64,000 nt of DNA from contig JAUSHK010000001.1 in NCBI GenBank assembly GCA_030648515.1, forward strand, positions 9,688 to 73,687, read 5' to 3'. Below are positions 27,527 through 40,132 of the stretch, one piece after another (within the stretch, counting starts at the first letter, position 1; each line of letters begins with the position of its first letter). A program made the position numbers and the translations under genes. Below the pieces are notes generated by a model, which searched no databases, was not told where the DNA came from, and saw only the letters and a program-made list of their open reading frames with translations. The stretch is from Candidatus Jorgensenbacteria bacterium (GTDB lineage Bacteria > Patescibacteriota > Minisyncoccia > UBA6257 > GWB1-50-10).

Positions 27527-28054
27527 GAAGTAAGTCATAAGCCGGATTCTGTTTATACAATAATTTATCTGGGACCACGATTACTCGCGGACTCGAGCGG
27601 CATTTCCAGTGAGTAGTTAGTAGTTTGTAGTTTGTAGTTGCCTACTCACTACTCACTATTTACTACAAACTAGACACAGCCTTGCACTCAGGTAAGGATT
27701 TAGCCGTTTCATTTCCGCTTTTTTATCCCTATAGCGGAATTAGGCCACCTAGCTTGGGATTGGGCCTCCGCGTAAAGCTTTCGCTACGCGGCGTCACTGC
27801 TCGCACCTCTATCCTTGTCCGGCCTAAACCGCTTTCGCGGTCGGCTTAGGACTTGAGACGACGGGCGTTACCCGCTACCCTTTCCGATACCACTTTTGTA
27901 ACCAAGACACTGGCAAATATGCAACCTCTACTAAAACTAAAATTCGAATTGTCTTTCCATACTCAGTTACAAAAGCGGTACCGGATAAGTGTCCGGACTT
28001 TCCTCTCCTCAGCTCGCTCTGAGCTTGCCGAAGAGCTATTGCTTGACTTACTGG
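27527..28054 (-). ncRNA. rnpB: RNase P RNA (bacterial type A) carrying a heptad-repeat hairpin insertion
   Basis: P1 pairing AGTAAGTCA/TGACTTACT, P4 strands GAGGAAAGTCCGGAC and ACAGAATCCGGCTTA, and other conserved blocks (GGGTAACGCC, AGGTGCGAGCAGTGACGCCGCGTAGCGAAAGC). About 528 nt, longer than the usual 350-400. A terminator hairpin lies at 27495-27526. Confidence 0.8.
27608..27673. repeat. Inverted pair of (TNNGTAG)x4 heptad repeats forming a ~66-nt hairpin inside rnpB
   Basis: TGAGTAG TTAGTAG TTTGTAG TTTGTAG followed by its near-reverse complement CTCACTA CTCACTA TTTACTA CAAACTA. Confidence 0.75.
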
Positions 28055-28093
28055 ATATAGTGTAGCACAACACGCAGAAAAAAGCAATACCTG

Positions 28094-28531
28094 TTAAAGA
28101 AGCGTATCAAGCGCGCGGTTTACCAAACTGTCCGCTGTGGTGTTATGCTCGCGCGGCACGTGCGAAAACGAGACGTTTTTGAAATCCTGCTTTAAATTCC
28201 AGATTTCTATAAAAAATGGCTTCAGTTCCTCATCTTTTAATTTGTATGTTCCATTGAGCTGGCGCACGACAAACTCACTGTCGGATTTTATTTCAATTTC
28301 TACTTCATTTGCTTTATCCCCTCCTAAAAGCAGCTTTGCCTTTTTGAGCGCAAAAATAACCGCTTTGTATTCCGCAACATTATTTGTTGTTCTCCCGATT
28401 GTCTCGGAATAGTGCTTCGCTTTAAACCCCATCGCGGGATTTTCATTAATAACAACGCCGATTCCCGCAGGGCCCGGATTGCCACGCGCGCCGCCGTCTG
28501 TGTAAATAGTTAGCTTATTATTCTCTTCCAT
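28094..28531 (-). CDS. rnhA: Ribonuclease HI
   Basis: TDGGARGNPGPAGIG ... AEYKAV ... SHVPREHN..AD. Confidence 0.85.
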   Translation of the reverse strand: MEENNKLTIYTDGGARGNPGPAGIGVVINENPAMGFKAKHYSETIGRTTNNVAEYKAVIFALKKAKLLLGGDKANEVEIEIKSDSEFVVRQLNGTYKLKDEELKPFFIEIWNLKQDFKNVSFSHVPREHNTTADSLVNRALDTLL

Positions 28532-29349
28532 GGGAATTTACCTATTGCCTTAATAGTAAACCCCGCGGCATTCTTATGTCCACCGCCTTCGCCATACTTT
28601 TGCGCAAGCTTTGCTACGTCAAAATTTCCAATAGAGCGCAAAGAAACGCGTATATCTCCATTTGTTTCGTACCATATGATTCCAAATTTGAACTGTTTCG
28701 CTATCTCGTGCCCAATGCCGGACGCAAGACTTTTAGATGGGCTGTTTGCCGCAAGCGTCTTTTTTCCGTGGAAAAGAACTAGTTCAGCTTTTCTGACCGC
28801 GTCCCGCACAAGTTTCTCCTGGTATTTGAGAACAATGACTCCCTGCTCTGCACTTTTCTTTATGCCGCCGCGCGTCTCAAGTGTGTCCGCCAACTTACTC
28901 CAAATTTTAAAATCGTATTCATAAGCACTTAGAAACGCCTGTACCTCATTCGTATTTGGAAGCTCGTGCCGCCATAAATCATTATCCTCAATATACGCGA
29001 GTAGGCGCGGAAGCTTTTTTTGAGGAAAGAAATATTTCCACGCAAGCACCGCACCTGAATGATTTAAATCAAAAACGTGTTCCGGAGAGCTTTTCACGTC
29101 ATCCTCGGAACTCCCGTGGTGGTCTATTACAACAACTCGATTTTTGTCCCTCGCGAGTTTTCTCATAATCTCCACGGAATAGCTGTTGTCTAAAACATAA
29201 ATCTCCCTGCTCTGGAGCTTTGTTTTCGGTAAAACGCGCGGAGGAACTGCGATGTATTCCGCCTTATTCCCGAACTTTTTCCATGCAACCCACGCCGCCC
29301 CGAACCCGTCGGGACAGTCCATATGGTATAAAACAACGATTTTTTTCAT
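28510..29349 (-). CDS. DHH-family phosphoesterase (NrnA-like oligoribonuclease / pAp phosphatase)
   Basis: DHH motif VVIDHHGS, DHHA1-like C-terminus with GGGH. Confidence 0.7.
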   Translation of the reverse strand: MKKIVVLYHMDCPDGFGAAWVAWKKFGNKAEYIAVPPRVLPKTKLQSREIYVLDNSYSVEIMRKLARDKNRVVVIDHHGSSEDDVKSSPEHVFDLNHSGAVLAWKYFFPQKKLPRLLAYIEDNDLWRHELPNTNEVQAFLSAYEYDFKIWSKLADTLETRGGIKKSAEQGVIVLKYQEKLVRDAVRKAELVLFHGKKTLAANSPSKSLASGIGHEIAKQFKFGIIWYETNGDIRVSLRSIGNFDVAKLAQKYGEGGGHKNAAGFTIKAIGKFPWKRIIS

Positions 29350-29351
29350 TT

Positions 29352-30479
29352 TTATTTCAGCGCCTCCACGCCTGGCAATTTTTTACCCGACAAAAACTCA
29401 AGCATTGCGCCGCCGCCGGTGGAAAGAAACAAATTAGTTGGTAGTTCGTAGTGAGTAGTGAGTAGTTTAAGAGAAGCGAGTGTATCACCGCCGCCGACAA
29501 CTGTGTGGGCTTTTTTATTAGCAAGAACGGCTTTCCAAACTGCCTGCGTCCCCTCTTCGAATCCCTTTTTCTCAAACATTCCCATCGGCCCGCTCCAGAT
29601 AATTGTTTTCGCGCCTCGAATAATTTTCACATATTCTTTTGTAGTTTCGGGCCCGATGTCTAAAACTTTCGTCCCTTTCATTTCTACGTCCGTCGGTAAA
29701 ATAACATCCGGAGAAAACGCGTATTTTTTCACTTCATCAAGCGAGTTGTAATCCACAAGCGAATCCCCCATTGGAACTCCTTCCGCCGCAAGCATCGTGT
29801 TTGCCGGCCCTCCACCCAAAAGAAACTTATCAGTGCGCCCCCAAAAGTTTTTGATGACACCGAGCTTATCTGAAATTTTCGCCCCTCCAATAATTACTAC
29901 AAACGGCTTTACGCGTCGTTTCATAATTTTCCCGAGTTCAACTAGCTCTTTATTGAGATGTGGCCCCGCAAATGACGGCAGAAATCGCGTGACACCGGAA
30001 AGCGACGCGTGCGCTCTATGTGAAACGCCGAACGCCTCATTTACATAAAAATCCCCTATGCTGGCAAGCTCTTTCGCGAACTCTTTATCGTTATTTTCTT
30101 CCCCTGACGAATACCTGAGGTTTTCAATAAGAAATAGGCGCGCGGGCGCGCTGCGGACTTCTTTTTTGATATTTTTAAAATTATGTTCAGAGGAAAAGCG
30201 TATCGGCTCCATGAGTTCCTGCGAAAGAAACTTCGACATACTGTGAAATGAGTATTTCTTGTCTCCAAAAAACGCCGGCCGCCCCAGGTGTCCTATGAGA
30301 ACTACGCGCACGCCATTACTTAGTAAAAGTCGGACGGTTTCCATTACCGCTTGAAGCCGCAACGAATTTTTCCGTTCCCTGTCGGGAACATCCAAATCCG
30401 CCCGCAACAAACAAACTTTCCCTTTGTATTGTTTCAAAACCTTCGGAGTCAAAATACGCATGGACTTATAATACAGCAT
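29352..30479 (-). CDS. pgk: Phosphoglycerate kinase
   Basis: Full-length PGK homology. The C-terminal STGGGAMLEFLSGKKLPGVEAL is preceded by a heptad-repeat-encoded KLLTTHYELPTN. Confidence 0.9.
   Translation of the reverse strand: MLYYKSMRILTPKVLKQYKGKVCLLRADLDVPDRERKNSLRLQAVMETVRLLLSNGVRVVLIGHLGRPAFFGDKKYSFHSMSKFLSQELMEPIRFSSEHNFKNIKKEVRSAPARLFLIENLRYSSGEENNDKEFAKELASIGDFYVNEAFGVSHRAHASLSGVTRFLPSFAGPHLNKELVELGKIMKRRVKPFVVIIGGAKISDKLGVIKNFWGRTDKFLLGGGPANTMLAAEGVPMGDSLVDYNSLDEVKKYAFSPDVILPTDVEMKGTKVLDIGPETTKEYVKIIRGAKTIIWSGPMGMFEKKGFEEGTQAVWKAVLANKKAHTVVGGGDTLASLKLLTTHYELPTNLFLSTGGGAMLEFLSGKKLPGVEALK
29434..29467. repeat. (TNNGTAG)x4 heptad repeat inside the pgk 3' coding region
   Basis: TTGGTAG TTCGTAG TGAGTAG TGAGTAG. 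The antisense strand encodes KLLTTHYELPTN. Confidence 0.7.
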
Positions 30480-30541
30480 TCATTCGTAAAACAAAAAACC
30501 GCCTCGGTATTTTCACACGTTGGCGGCACAACACTGATCAA

Positions 30542-30808
30542 TTATTTACGAACGACTAAAATAATATCAAGAAGGGCATTAAGGTCTTCGCGTCCACATC
30601 TATCGTCCACAACAATCGAAACTGTATAAATCAGTCTTTTAATACTAAGGCCATGATAGTGGTTATAATCAACTTTGTGATGTCCAAATCCAAGGTTTTC
30701 TGGTTTCACCTTAACCAATGCGAAGTTTTCCCGGTTTTTCTTATCAATAACAAACTTTTGAATATTTGAGAACTGTTCGGGATCAATTCCTCCAATTTTA
30801 ATAAGCAT
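30542..30808 (-). CDS. Hypothetical small protein
   Basis: ORF only. Confidence 0.35.
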   Translation of the reverse strand: MLIKIGGIDPEQFSNIQKFVIDKKNRENFALVKVKPENLGFGHHKVDYNHYHGLSIKRLIYTVSIVVDDRCGREDLNALLDIILVVRK

Positions 30809-30907
30809 AAAACACCTCCTATGAAATTATGAAAGTTTAGAAAACCGTTTCTTAATTGCTAGTATAAAGAATATCGCAAACACACTATTTTGTCAACTAT
30901 AAATCAC

Positions 30908-30928
30908 TAAGCCCCTCGCGGGGCTTAG
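30908..30928 (-). terminator. rRNA operon terminator
   Basis: AAGCCCCGCGAGGGGCTTA hairpin immediately downstream of the 5S gene. Confidence 0.55.
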
Positions 30929-30943
30929 TTCATTACTAGCAGT

Positions 30944-31064
30944 GAGCTCCTGGCAAAGCTTACTTTCCCTGCCGCCGAAGCGGCCAGTATCATCAGCATT
31001 GAGCGCTTTTACTTCCGAGTTCGGAATGGATCGGGTAGGGCACGCTCAACTAAATCACCAGGAA
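30944..31064 (-). rRNA. rrf: 5S rRNA
   Basis: CCATTCCGAACTCGGAAGT...GATGATACTGG...GGGAAAG...GCCAGGAGC, with helix I pairing CCTGG/CCAGG. Confidence 0.75.
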
Positions 31065-31149
31065 ATCACTGACAGCAATGCTGTCTGTGAATCGAAGCTA
31101 GCTAGTAGTATAACAAAAGCGATTACGTATATGTGCGCCACGTTCATTC

Positions 31150-34670
<3,521 letters not shown>

Positions 34671-34749
34671 TCAACGGAGACGCATAATTGTAATCGCTTT
34701 TATTATTTCTACTTATACACTAGCTTCGATTTTTAAAGTACGCGAACGA

Positions 34750-34772
34750 AAAATCCGCCTTGAGGCGGATCC
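34750..34772 (-). terminator. Terminator after pcm
   Basis: ATCCGCCTCAAGGCGGAT followed by a T-run. Confidence 0.45.
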
Positions 34773-34901
34773 GTACAGCGGAAAAACCCGCAGCGCGATC
34801 AACCTCTATAATGTTGTTTCTGCGTATTCTTCATTTCGCAAGGGCAATTGTAATCCCCCTCATTTCCACTGTCAAGCGTCGCTATATGGGTTATCCACAC
34901 C

Positions 34902-35654
34902 CTATGCAAACACCGTTTTTGAAAACGTGAAGCCAAAATAGCTTGATTTCTTAAATGAATTTTTCCCAGTCTTATCAAGCACAAGAATGCTCTGCCCAAA
35001 CGGCGTCACAAGCCGCCCGCCAACCTTCAAATTATCCTTCCATTTTGGAGGTATGACGTTCGGACAAATAGTTGAGATGATTTTATCGTACGGCGCCTCT
35101 TTGTTATATCCAAAGACGCCGTCGCGGCGGATTACCGCAACGACACCGCCCCTCATAAAACCATACTGCTCTATATTCTTCACCGCTTGTTCGCATATAA
35201 GTTTATTCCTCTCTATTGAAATGACGCGTCCGCGCGGAACAATGGCACTAGAAATAAAAACGTCGCCGTCGTTCGGCGATTCGTGTTCTGCATTGGGCAC
35301 TATCGAATCTTTGTTGTCTGCGTTCGCCATATTCGCAAAGTTGCTTACGAGGCACGCAATTACGGCCGTCTGCCATCCTGATCCAGTACCGACTTCAAGA
35401 ACTTTTTCATCCGGCTTCGGCGCAAGAAGCTCAACCATCTGCGCGGTCGTTGATGGATGAAACATCATTTCGCCGGATTCAAGCGTGAGCGCGACATCCT
35501 GATATATTTCTCCCTCGGAAAATCTGCCGCCGGTAAACTTCGCGCGGTCAATCGCGCTGAACGCCCGCTGAATTTCCGGCGTCACGATATATCCCTCATT
35601 AATGAGATACCGGATAAGTGGGTTCATATGTCGCCTTGCCTTATTCTTGCACAT
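34902..35654 (-). CDS. pcm: Protein-L-isoaspartate O-methyltransferase (with a ~35-aa insertion)
   Basis: SAM-binding LEVGTGSGWQTA and the family C-terminal pattern PYDKII...GGRLV.P.G. Probable start at MNPLIRYL. Confidence 0.7.
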   Translation of the reverse strand: MCKNKARRHMNPLIRYLINEGYIVTPEIQRAFSAIDRAKFTGGRFSEGEIYQDVALTLESGEMMFHPSTTAQMVELLAPKPDEKVLEVGTGSGWQTAVIACLVSNFANMANADNKDSIVPNAEHESPNDGDVFISSAIVPRGRVISIERNKLICEQAVKNIEQYGFMRGGVVAVIRRDGVFGYNKEAPYDKIISTICPNVIPPKWKDNLKVGGRLVTPFGQSILVLDKTGKNSFKKSSYFGFTFSKTVFA

Positions 35655-35794
35655 CGCAATAAAAAAACAAAGCCCGATTCATGTAGCTATGGGAATTAAT
35701 CAGTAAAATGATTAATTGGGTCCATTGCTAACAATATAATATGAATCGGGCTTGTGGGATTGGGAACATCCTGACATAAATACCCTCCTTGCTC

Positions 35795-36100
35795 TTACTC
35801 GTTAAACTCCTTTGACGAAAAGACTGGATTTCCTTCCGCATCGCGGCCGCCACCAATAACGAACAAGTTTTCTTTAGTTATCGTTATTTCGGTGTCTTTT
35901 TTGCCATTATCAACATCCATTGTAACGACGACCGACTCTTCGTCTGGATTGCGTTCGTTGTGGGTAATATTTATTTTTTTGATGTTCCCACTGAAATTGC
36001 GGGCCGGAGTTGAGTTTTTTAAAACGCAGAGCATTGGCAAGGCGTACTTTTTCTTTATTAGTTCCCATTGAGCTATACAAATAGACCAATCCATCTCCAT
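35795..36100 (-). CDS. Hypothetical protein
   Basis: ORF only. Confidence 0.35.
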   Translation of the reverse strand: MEMDWSICIAQWELIKKKYALPMLCVLKNSTPARNFSGNIKKINITHNERNPDEESVVVTMDVDNGKKDTEITITKENLFVIGGGRDAEGNPVFSSKEFNE

Positions 36101-36181
36101 AACCTACCTCCTTTCTTTTTAATGAACAGTAAAATATCACCTATATCGTACCGTATTTTGTATCAAAGTCAACATAATGCT

Positions 36182-37147
36182 CTAATCGCGCAAAGCTGAA
36201 GAAACCAAAATAGCAAGAAGTTTAGGAAATTGAATTCCGGAAGCAAGCGCGGCTTTCGGCAATAAACTTTCTTCCGTAAGTCCCGGAATTGTGTTTATTT
36301 CTAAAACATAGACCTCGCCATGTTTATCAATAATCATATCTGTTCTAGAAAACCCCCGCGCGCCGATAAAACGATGCGCTCCGAGCGCTGCTTGCTGAAC
36401 AGCCCTTGTAAGATGCTGAGGCAACCGCGCTGGAGTAATTTCTTCCGCCGCGCCCGGCTCATATTTAGAGTTGTAATCAAAGAAATGACTTGCGATGGGA
36501 ATTATCTCTGTAGGCAAAAGTGGAAATGCACTTTCTGTCCATCCGTGGTCAAGTACGCCACAGGTAAATTCTCTACCTGGAATAAAACGTTGTACAAGCG
36601 CTTCTCGCGTAAACGTGAATGCGTGGTCAAGCGCGTCTTTAAGTTCGTCTGCTGTTTTTACAATTCTGACGCCTAGACTGGAACCCTGATTGTTCGGCTT
36701 CACAACGCACGGAGAAGAAATATAATTGAACGCCGCGCGCAGGATTTTTAATTTTTCATCCCCTTCCCATGTCAGCTTCGGGATAAGAAACGTGTGCGGT
36801 ACGGAAAATCCGGCGCGGCGGAAAAGCTGGCCGGATAAAAATTTATTCATCGCGAGCGCGCTAACCGCGGCGCCCGAACCTGTATATGGAATTTTGTGGT
36901 CATCAAGCATTGATTGCACGGTGCCGTCTTCGCCGTACGTTCCGTGCATTGCCACAAACGCAACATCGCTTTTGTTTTTGAGTTCCGCGCATGGCAAAAC
37001 CCATTCCCCCGTTTTTGAAATTGTGACTGAGAAAGGTTCATACCGCGCCGCATCAAGGCCGCTAAGAACTTTGCCGCCGCTTTTGAGCGAAACCTCATGC
37101 TCTGACGATGGTCCACCCATAAGCACCGCGACTTTGAGCCTTTTCAT
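36182..37147 (-). CDS. ddl: D-alanine--D-alanine ligase
   Basis: ATP-grasp Ddl signatures (KVAVLMGGPSSEHEVSL, HGTYGEDGTVQ, SSLGV, EINTIPGLT). Confidence 0.85.
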   Translation of the reverse strand: MKRLKVAVLMGGPSSEHEVSLKSGGKVLSGLDAARYEPFSVTISKTGEWVLPCAELKNKSDVAFVAMHGTYGEDGTVQSMLDDHKIPYTGSGAAVSALAMNKFLSGQLFRRAGFSVPHTFLIPKLTWEGDEKLKILRAAFNYISSPCVVKPNNQGSSLGVRIVKTADELKDALDHAFTFTREALVQRFIPGREFTCGVLDHGWTESAFPLLPTEIIPIASHFFDYNSKYEPGAAEEITPARLPQHLTRAVQQAALGAHRFIGARGFSRTDMIIDKHGEVYVLEINTIPGLTEESLLPKAALASGIQFPKLLAILVSSALRD

Positions 37148-37228
37148 ACTAAAATCCTAACAGATTACATAGCTTACGAAAAGAAGCGGGCTTGCCCGCC
37201 GTAGTTCCGATGCCTATCGGGACGAAGG

Positions 37229-37299
37229 CGGGGGCACAAGGAATCGAACCCTGGTCTCTTCTTTTGGAGAGAAGCGGTCTACCACTGACCTATGCCCCC
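37229..37299 (-). tRNA. tRNA-Trp(CCA)
   Basis: Manual fold GGGGGCA/TGCCCCC, anticodon loop CUCCAAA, T-arm AGGGTTCGATTCC. Confidence 0.75.
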
Positions 37300-37420
37300 T
37301 AAAACAATTGCTCCGCAATTGTTTGGGCGACCCAATTCACTTTCAGTGAATCTAGGGTTTAGCCCACTAAATATTAATATAAAACAAAATCCCCCGACTT
37401 GAAAGTCCGAGGATTTTTAC

Positions 37421-37591
37421 TTATTTCTTTCCTTCCTTGTGAAGCGTGTGCTTCCTGCACCAGTCACAGAACTTTTTATACTCGATTTTCCGCTCAACGG
37501 TTTTTCTGTTCTTATGTAAAGTATAATTCACGTGCTTGCACACGGAACACTTCAGACGTATTAGATTTTCATTGAATTTTCCTTGGGACAT
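37421..37591 (-). CDS. rpmG: 50S ribosomal protein L33 (56 aa, below the ORF-track cutoff)
   Basis: MSQGKFNENLIRLKCSVCKHVNYTLHKNRKTVERKIEYKKFCDWCRKHTLHKEGKK, with the Cys4 L33 pattern. Confidence 0.75.
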   Translation of the reverse strand: MSQGKFNENLIRLKCSVCKHVNYTLHKNRKTVERKIEYKKFCDWCRKHTLHKEGKK

Positions 37592-37682
37592 AAATGATTA
37601 ACAGTTTTTAGTTCCTTGGTTAGACAGTGTACTTGCTTTCCGTCCCCGCGTCAAATTATTAAACCAATAAACAAAATTCGTG

Positions 37683-37755
37683 AGCCGATGGTCGGATTTG
37701 AACCGACGACCTACTCCTTACCATGGAGTTGCTCTACCAACTGAGCTACATCGGC
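37683..37755 (-). tRNA. tRNA-Thr(GGU)
   Basis: GCCGATG/CATCGGC acceptor stem, anticodon loop AUGGUAA. Confidence 0.75.
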
Positions 37756-37756
37756 G

Positions 37757-37828
37757 AGCCACCTCTCGGATTTGAACCGAGGACCTTCACTTTACAAAAG
37801 TGTTGCTCTACCGCTGAGCTAAGGTGGC
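37757..37828 (-). tRNA. tRNA-Thr(UGU), 1 nt from the preceding tRNA
   Basis: GCCACCT/AGGTGGC acceptor stem, anticodon loop UUUGUAA. Confidence 0.75.
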
Positions 37829-37918
37829 ACAATACTAAACTATCCTTCAACAAACGCTGAATCAGAATAAAACAGTTGATCCTCATTCACATCGCCATGC
37901 GAAGCGTTGCGAGCGCGG

Positions 37919-37957
37919 TACCGCTGACCTGCCTGCGCAGGCAGGGCTAAGGTGGCG
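37919..37957 (-). repeat. Second partial tRNA 5'-end duplicate split by the same 18-bp palindrome
   Basis: Minus strand reads GCCACCTTAGC-[CCTGCCTGCGCAGGCAGG]-TCAGCGGTA. The GCGGTA D-loop matches the adjacent tRNA-Thr(UGU), not the CGU copy. It lies ~90 nt 5' of that tRNA. Confidence 0.7.
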
Positions 37958-38012
37958 TATCTCATAAAACTATCAAACTAAACCTTAAAAATCAAAAAGG
38001 GCCGGCACTGCA

Positions 38013-38234
38013 TTATGGCCGACCCTTATTACGGAAAAATTTCAAGTACGCCCACCCTTCAACAAGTAGTCCAATAGTGAACAAAACTGCCCAAAAAATC
38101 GGCGGGTTATTATTTCTAATTTGTGGAGGAATAAAATTCGCGCATTGGGAAATCACAAAAACCGAAATCCATAAAACAGTTGTGAAAACAACGGAAAGAA
38201 TAAACACCCTTCTTGATGTCATCATCCACCCCAC
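38013..38234 (-). CDS. Small membrane protein (2 TM)
   Basis: ORF with two hydrophobic helices. Confidence 0.4.
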   Translation of the reverse strand: MGWMMTSRRVFILSVVFTTVLWISVFVISQCANFIPPQIRNNNPPIFWAVLFTIGLLVEGWAYLKFFRNKGRP

Positions 38235-38268
38235 TTTTTATTAGGTTAAATTTTTTAATGAGCTACTG

Positions 38269-38352
38269 TGCGCAGGGGAGGATTTGAACCTCCGTAGCCC
38301 GAAGGCGCCAGATTTACAGTCTGGTGCAATTGACCGCTCTGCCACCTGCGCC
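38269..38352 (-). tRNA. tRNA-Tyr(GUA) with long variable arm
   Basis: GCGCAGG/CCTGCGC acceptor stem, anticodon loop CUGUAAA, variable arm CGCCTTCGGGCTAC. The T-arm is slightly irregular (either an 8-nt loop or one mismatch). Confidence 0.7.
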
Positions 38353-38459
38353 GTCACTAACGGACGACAAATAAAATAATAACTTGATATACGGACATAG
38401 TCAAAGTTAGTAATTTTTCAAAAAAACAAAATCCCCCATTAGTGTGGGGGCTGCGCGTA

Positions 38460-38789
38460 TTAAACGCTTTGATCCTTCTTTTCCTCTTCAACCTCGGCCT
38501 GAAATGGCGATTCTTTTCCAATGCTTTCTTTCTTCATCTCATTCAACTTTTTACCAACAACATTGTCAAGCTTTAAAATAACAACCCGAGTCCTTCGCAA
38601 GAACTTATGAAAAACCGCTGCGATAAACTCGTCAACTTTTTCAAGCCGCCCGACAAGGCCGTGAAACGATAACCGCGACGTAACACGTTCGACTTCCGCG
38701 TCATTAATGCGCGGGAGAATCTGAATTAAAACATAGAGCACTGCGGCAAGCGCCACCATCGCAATAAGCTCTGTAATAAATGTAGCCAT
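38460..38789 (-). CDS. Membrane-anchored hypothetical protein
   Basis: N-terminal TM, helical remainder. Confidence 0.4.
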   Translation of the reverse strand: MATFITELIAMVALAAVLYVLIQILPRINDAEVERVTSRLSFHGLVGRLEKVDEFIAAVFHKFLRRTRVVILKLDNVVGKKLNEMKKESIGKESPFQAEVEEEKKDQSV

Positions 38790-38852
38790 AAACGCAAATA
38801 AAATCCTTTCCTCCGGAGAGGGCGGCTTTATAATATCATAAATCGGCCGGAA

Positions 38853-39293
38853 CTACAGCTCGTAGCGGGCAAAGCGCTCAACACGGATATTCTCCCCTGT
38901 TTTTGCAACAACTTGTTTTATAACATCCTCAACCGTTTTTGACTCGTCTTTTACAAATGGCTGGGCAAGCAACGCTTTAACATCCTCTGGATTCATCGCC
39001 GCGATATGCATCACAAGCTCATGCGCAAGCTCCTGAAACGGGTCCGAGCGGACGACGAAATCAGTTTCGCACCGAAGCTCCAAAAGCACGCCGACGCGAT
39101 TGTTATGAATATATGAACGCAAAAGCCCAGCACCAGTTGAACGGTCTTGCTTCTTTAGAGCCTTCGTAAGGCCGCGCTCCTCAATGAGCTTTACCGCCGC
39201 ATCAAAATCACCGTTCGTATCCTTAAGCGCCTTTGAGCATTCCATCACGCCTGCTCCCGTTGCTTCGCGGAGTTTTTTTACATTATCGCTCAT
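38853..39293 (-). CDS. tsf: Elongation factor Ts (short form)
   Basis: UBA-like N-terminus [16 protein letters not shown], then the EF-Ts core [11 protein letters not shown]. Confidence 0.85.
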   Translation of the reverse strand: MSDNVKKLREATGAGVMECSKALKDTNGDFDAAVKLIEERGLTKALKKQDRSTGAGLLRSYIHNNRVGVLLELRCETDFVVRSDPFQELAHELVMHIAAMNPEDVKALLAQPFVKDESKTVEDVIKQVVAKTGENIRVERFARYEL

Positions 39294-39313
39294 AAGCCAG
39301 AAATTGATTTTTG

Positions 39314-40072
39314 TTAGTTTATAAATTTATGAGAATCCGCCTCTGCGTCGTGCTTTGTTGAAACGCCAACTGAATCCGCCTGCAACGCGGGCAAATTCTT
39401 TATCTCCCCTTTTATTTTACCAAATACCCACTCTATGCTCTCGCGTCCGCGATCGTTTGCGAAAATCGGATACTCAATAGTATTCGGATCATCATTGGTA
39501 TCCATAATCGCAACGACAGGAATACCAAGCTTCCGCGCCTCGCGGACCGCCGTCATATGCACCTCAGGGTCAACTACAAAAAGCGCGTTAGGTAAACGTG
39601 TGAGCGGAAGAAGACCGTCGAATGACCGCGATGCCGCCGAGACCGCTTTGCTCAGCTCAAGCCGTTCCTTTTTAGTGTACTTCGCAAGTTCATCAGCCCG
39701 CTTTCCGCGCATCTCTTCGTACTGCTTCATCCGGTTTGAAATAACGCTGAAATTCGTAAGCGTGCCGCCGAGCCACCGATGCGTAACATACGGGTATGAA
39801 AATCCCCTCGCAAATTGCTCAACAACTGACTGCGCGGGAGACGTCGTGCCGGCAAACAAAATTATTCCGCCTTTGCCAACAACCTCTTTCAAAAATTCAA
39901 TCGCGGCATTTAAGCTTGAATATGTCGCCGTCGGGTCAAGAAGCTCAATTTCGTTTCGGTTCGCGCCGATAAACTGCTTCATGCGCGGGTGCGTCTTTGA
40001 TTTCTTGTGGCCGAAAATAACGCCCGCCTGGGCCATTTCGCTTACCATGCTGTTATTAGCTTCCATTTCCAT
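39314..40072 (-). CDS. rpsB: 30S ribosomal protein S2
   Basis: [24 protein letters not shown]. Confidence 0.9.
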   Translation of the reverse strand: MEMEANNSMVSEMAQAGVIFGHKKSKTHPRMKQFIGANRNEIELLDPTATYSSLNAAIEFLKEVVGKGGIILFAGTTSPAQSVVEQFARGFSYPYVTHRWLGGTLTNFSVISNRMKQYEEMRGKRADELAKYTKKERLELSKAVSAASRSFDGLLPLTRLPNALFVVDPEVHMTAVREARKLGIPVVAIMDTNDDPNTIEYPIFANDRGRESIEWVFGKIKGEIKNLPALQADSVGVSTKHDAEADSHKFIN

Positions 40073-40132
40073 AGAAAAGTAGTCTCAAGTATATATGCAG
40101 AGCGCTGATTTAGTCAAATCTGCATTGGCTTC

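Noticed and set aside
27853-28087. Two 70-aa ORFs on opposite strands
   Set aside because: They lie within RNase P RNA, in its P1/P4 conserved region.
37391-37420. Candidate hairpin upstream of rpmG (CCCCCGACTTGAAAGTCCGAGG)
   Set aside because: Only a 4-5 bp stem with a 2-4 nt loop could be drawn, too weak to call a terminator.
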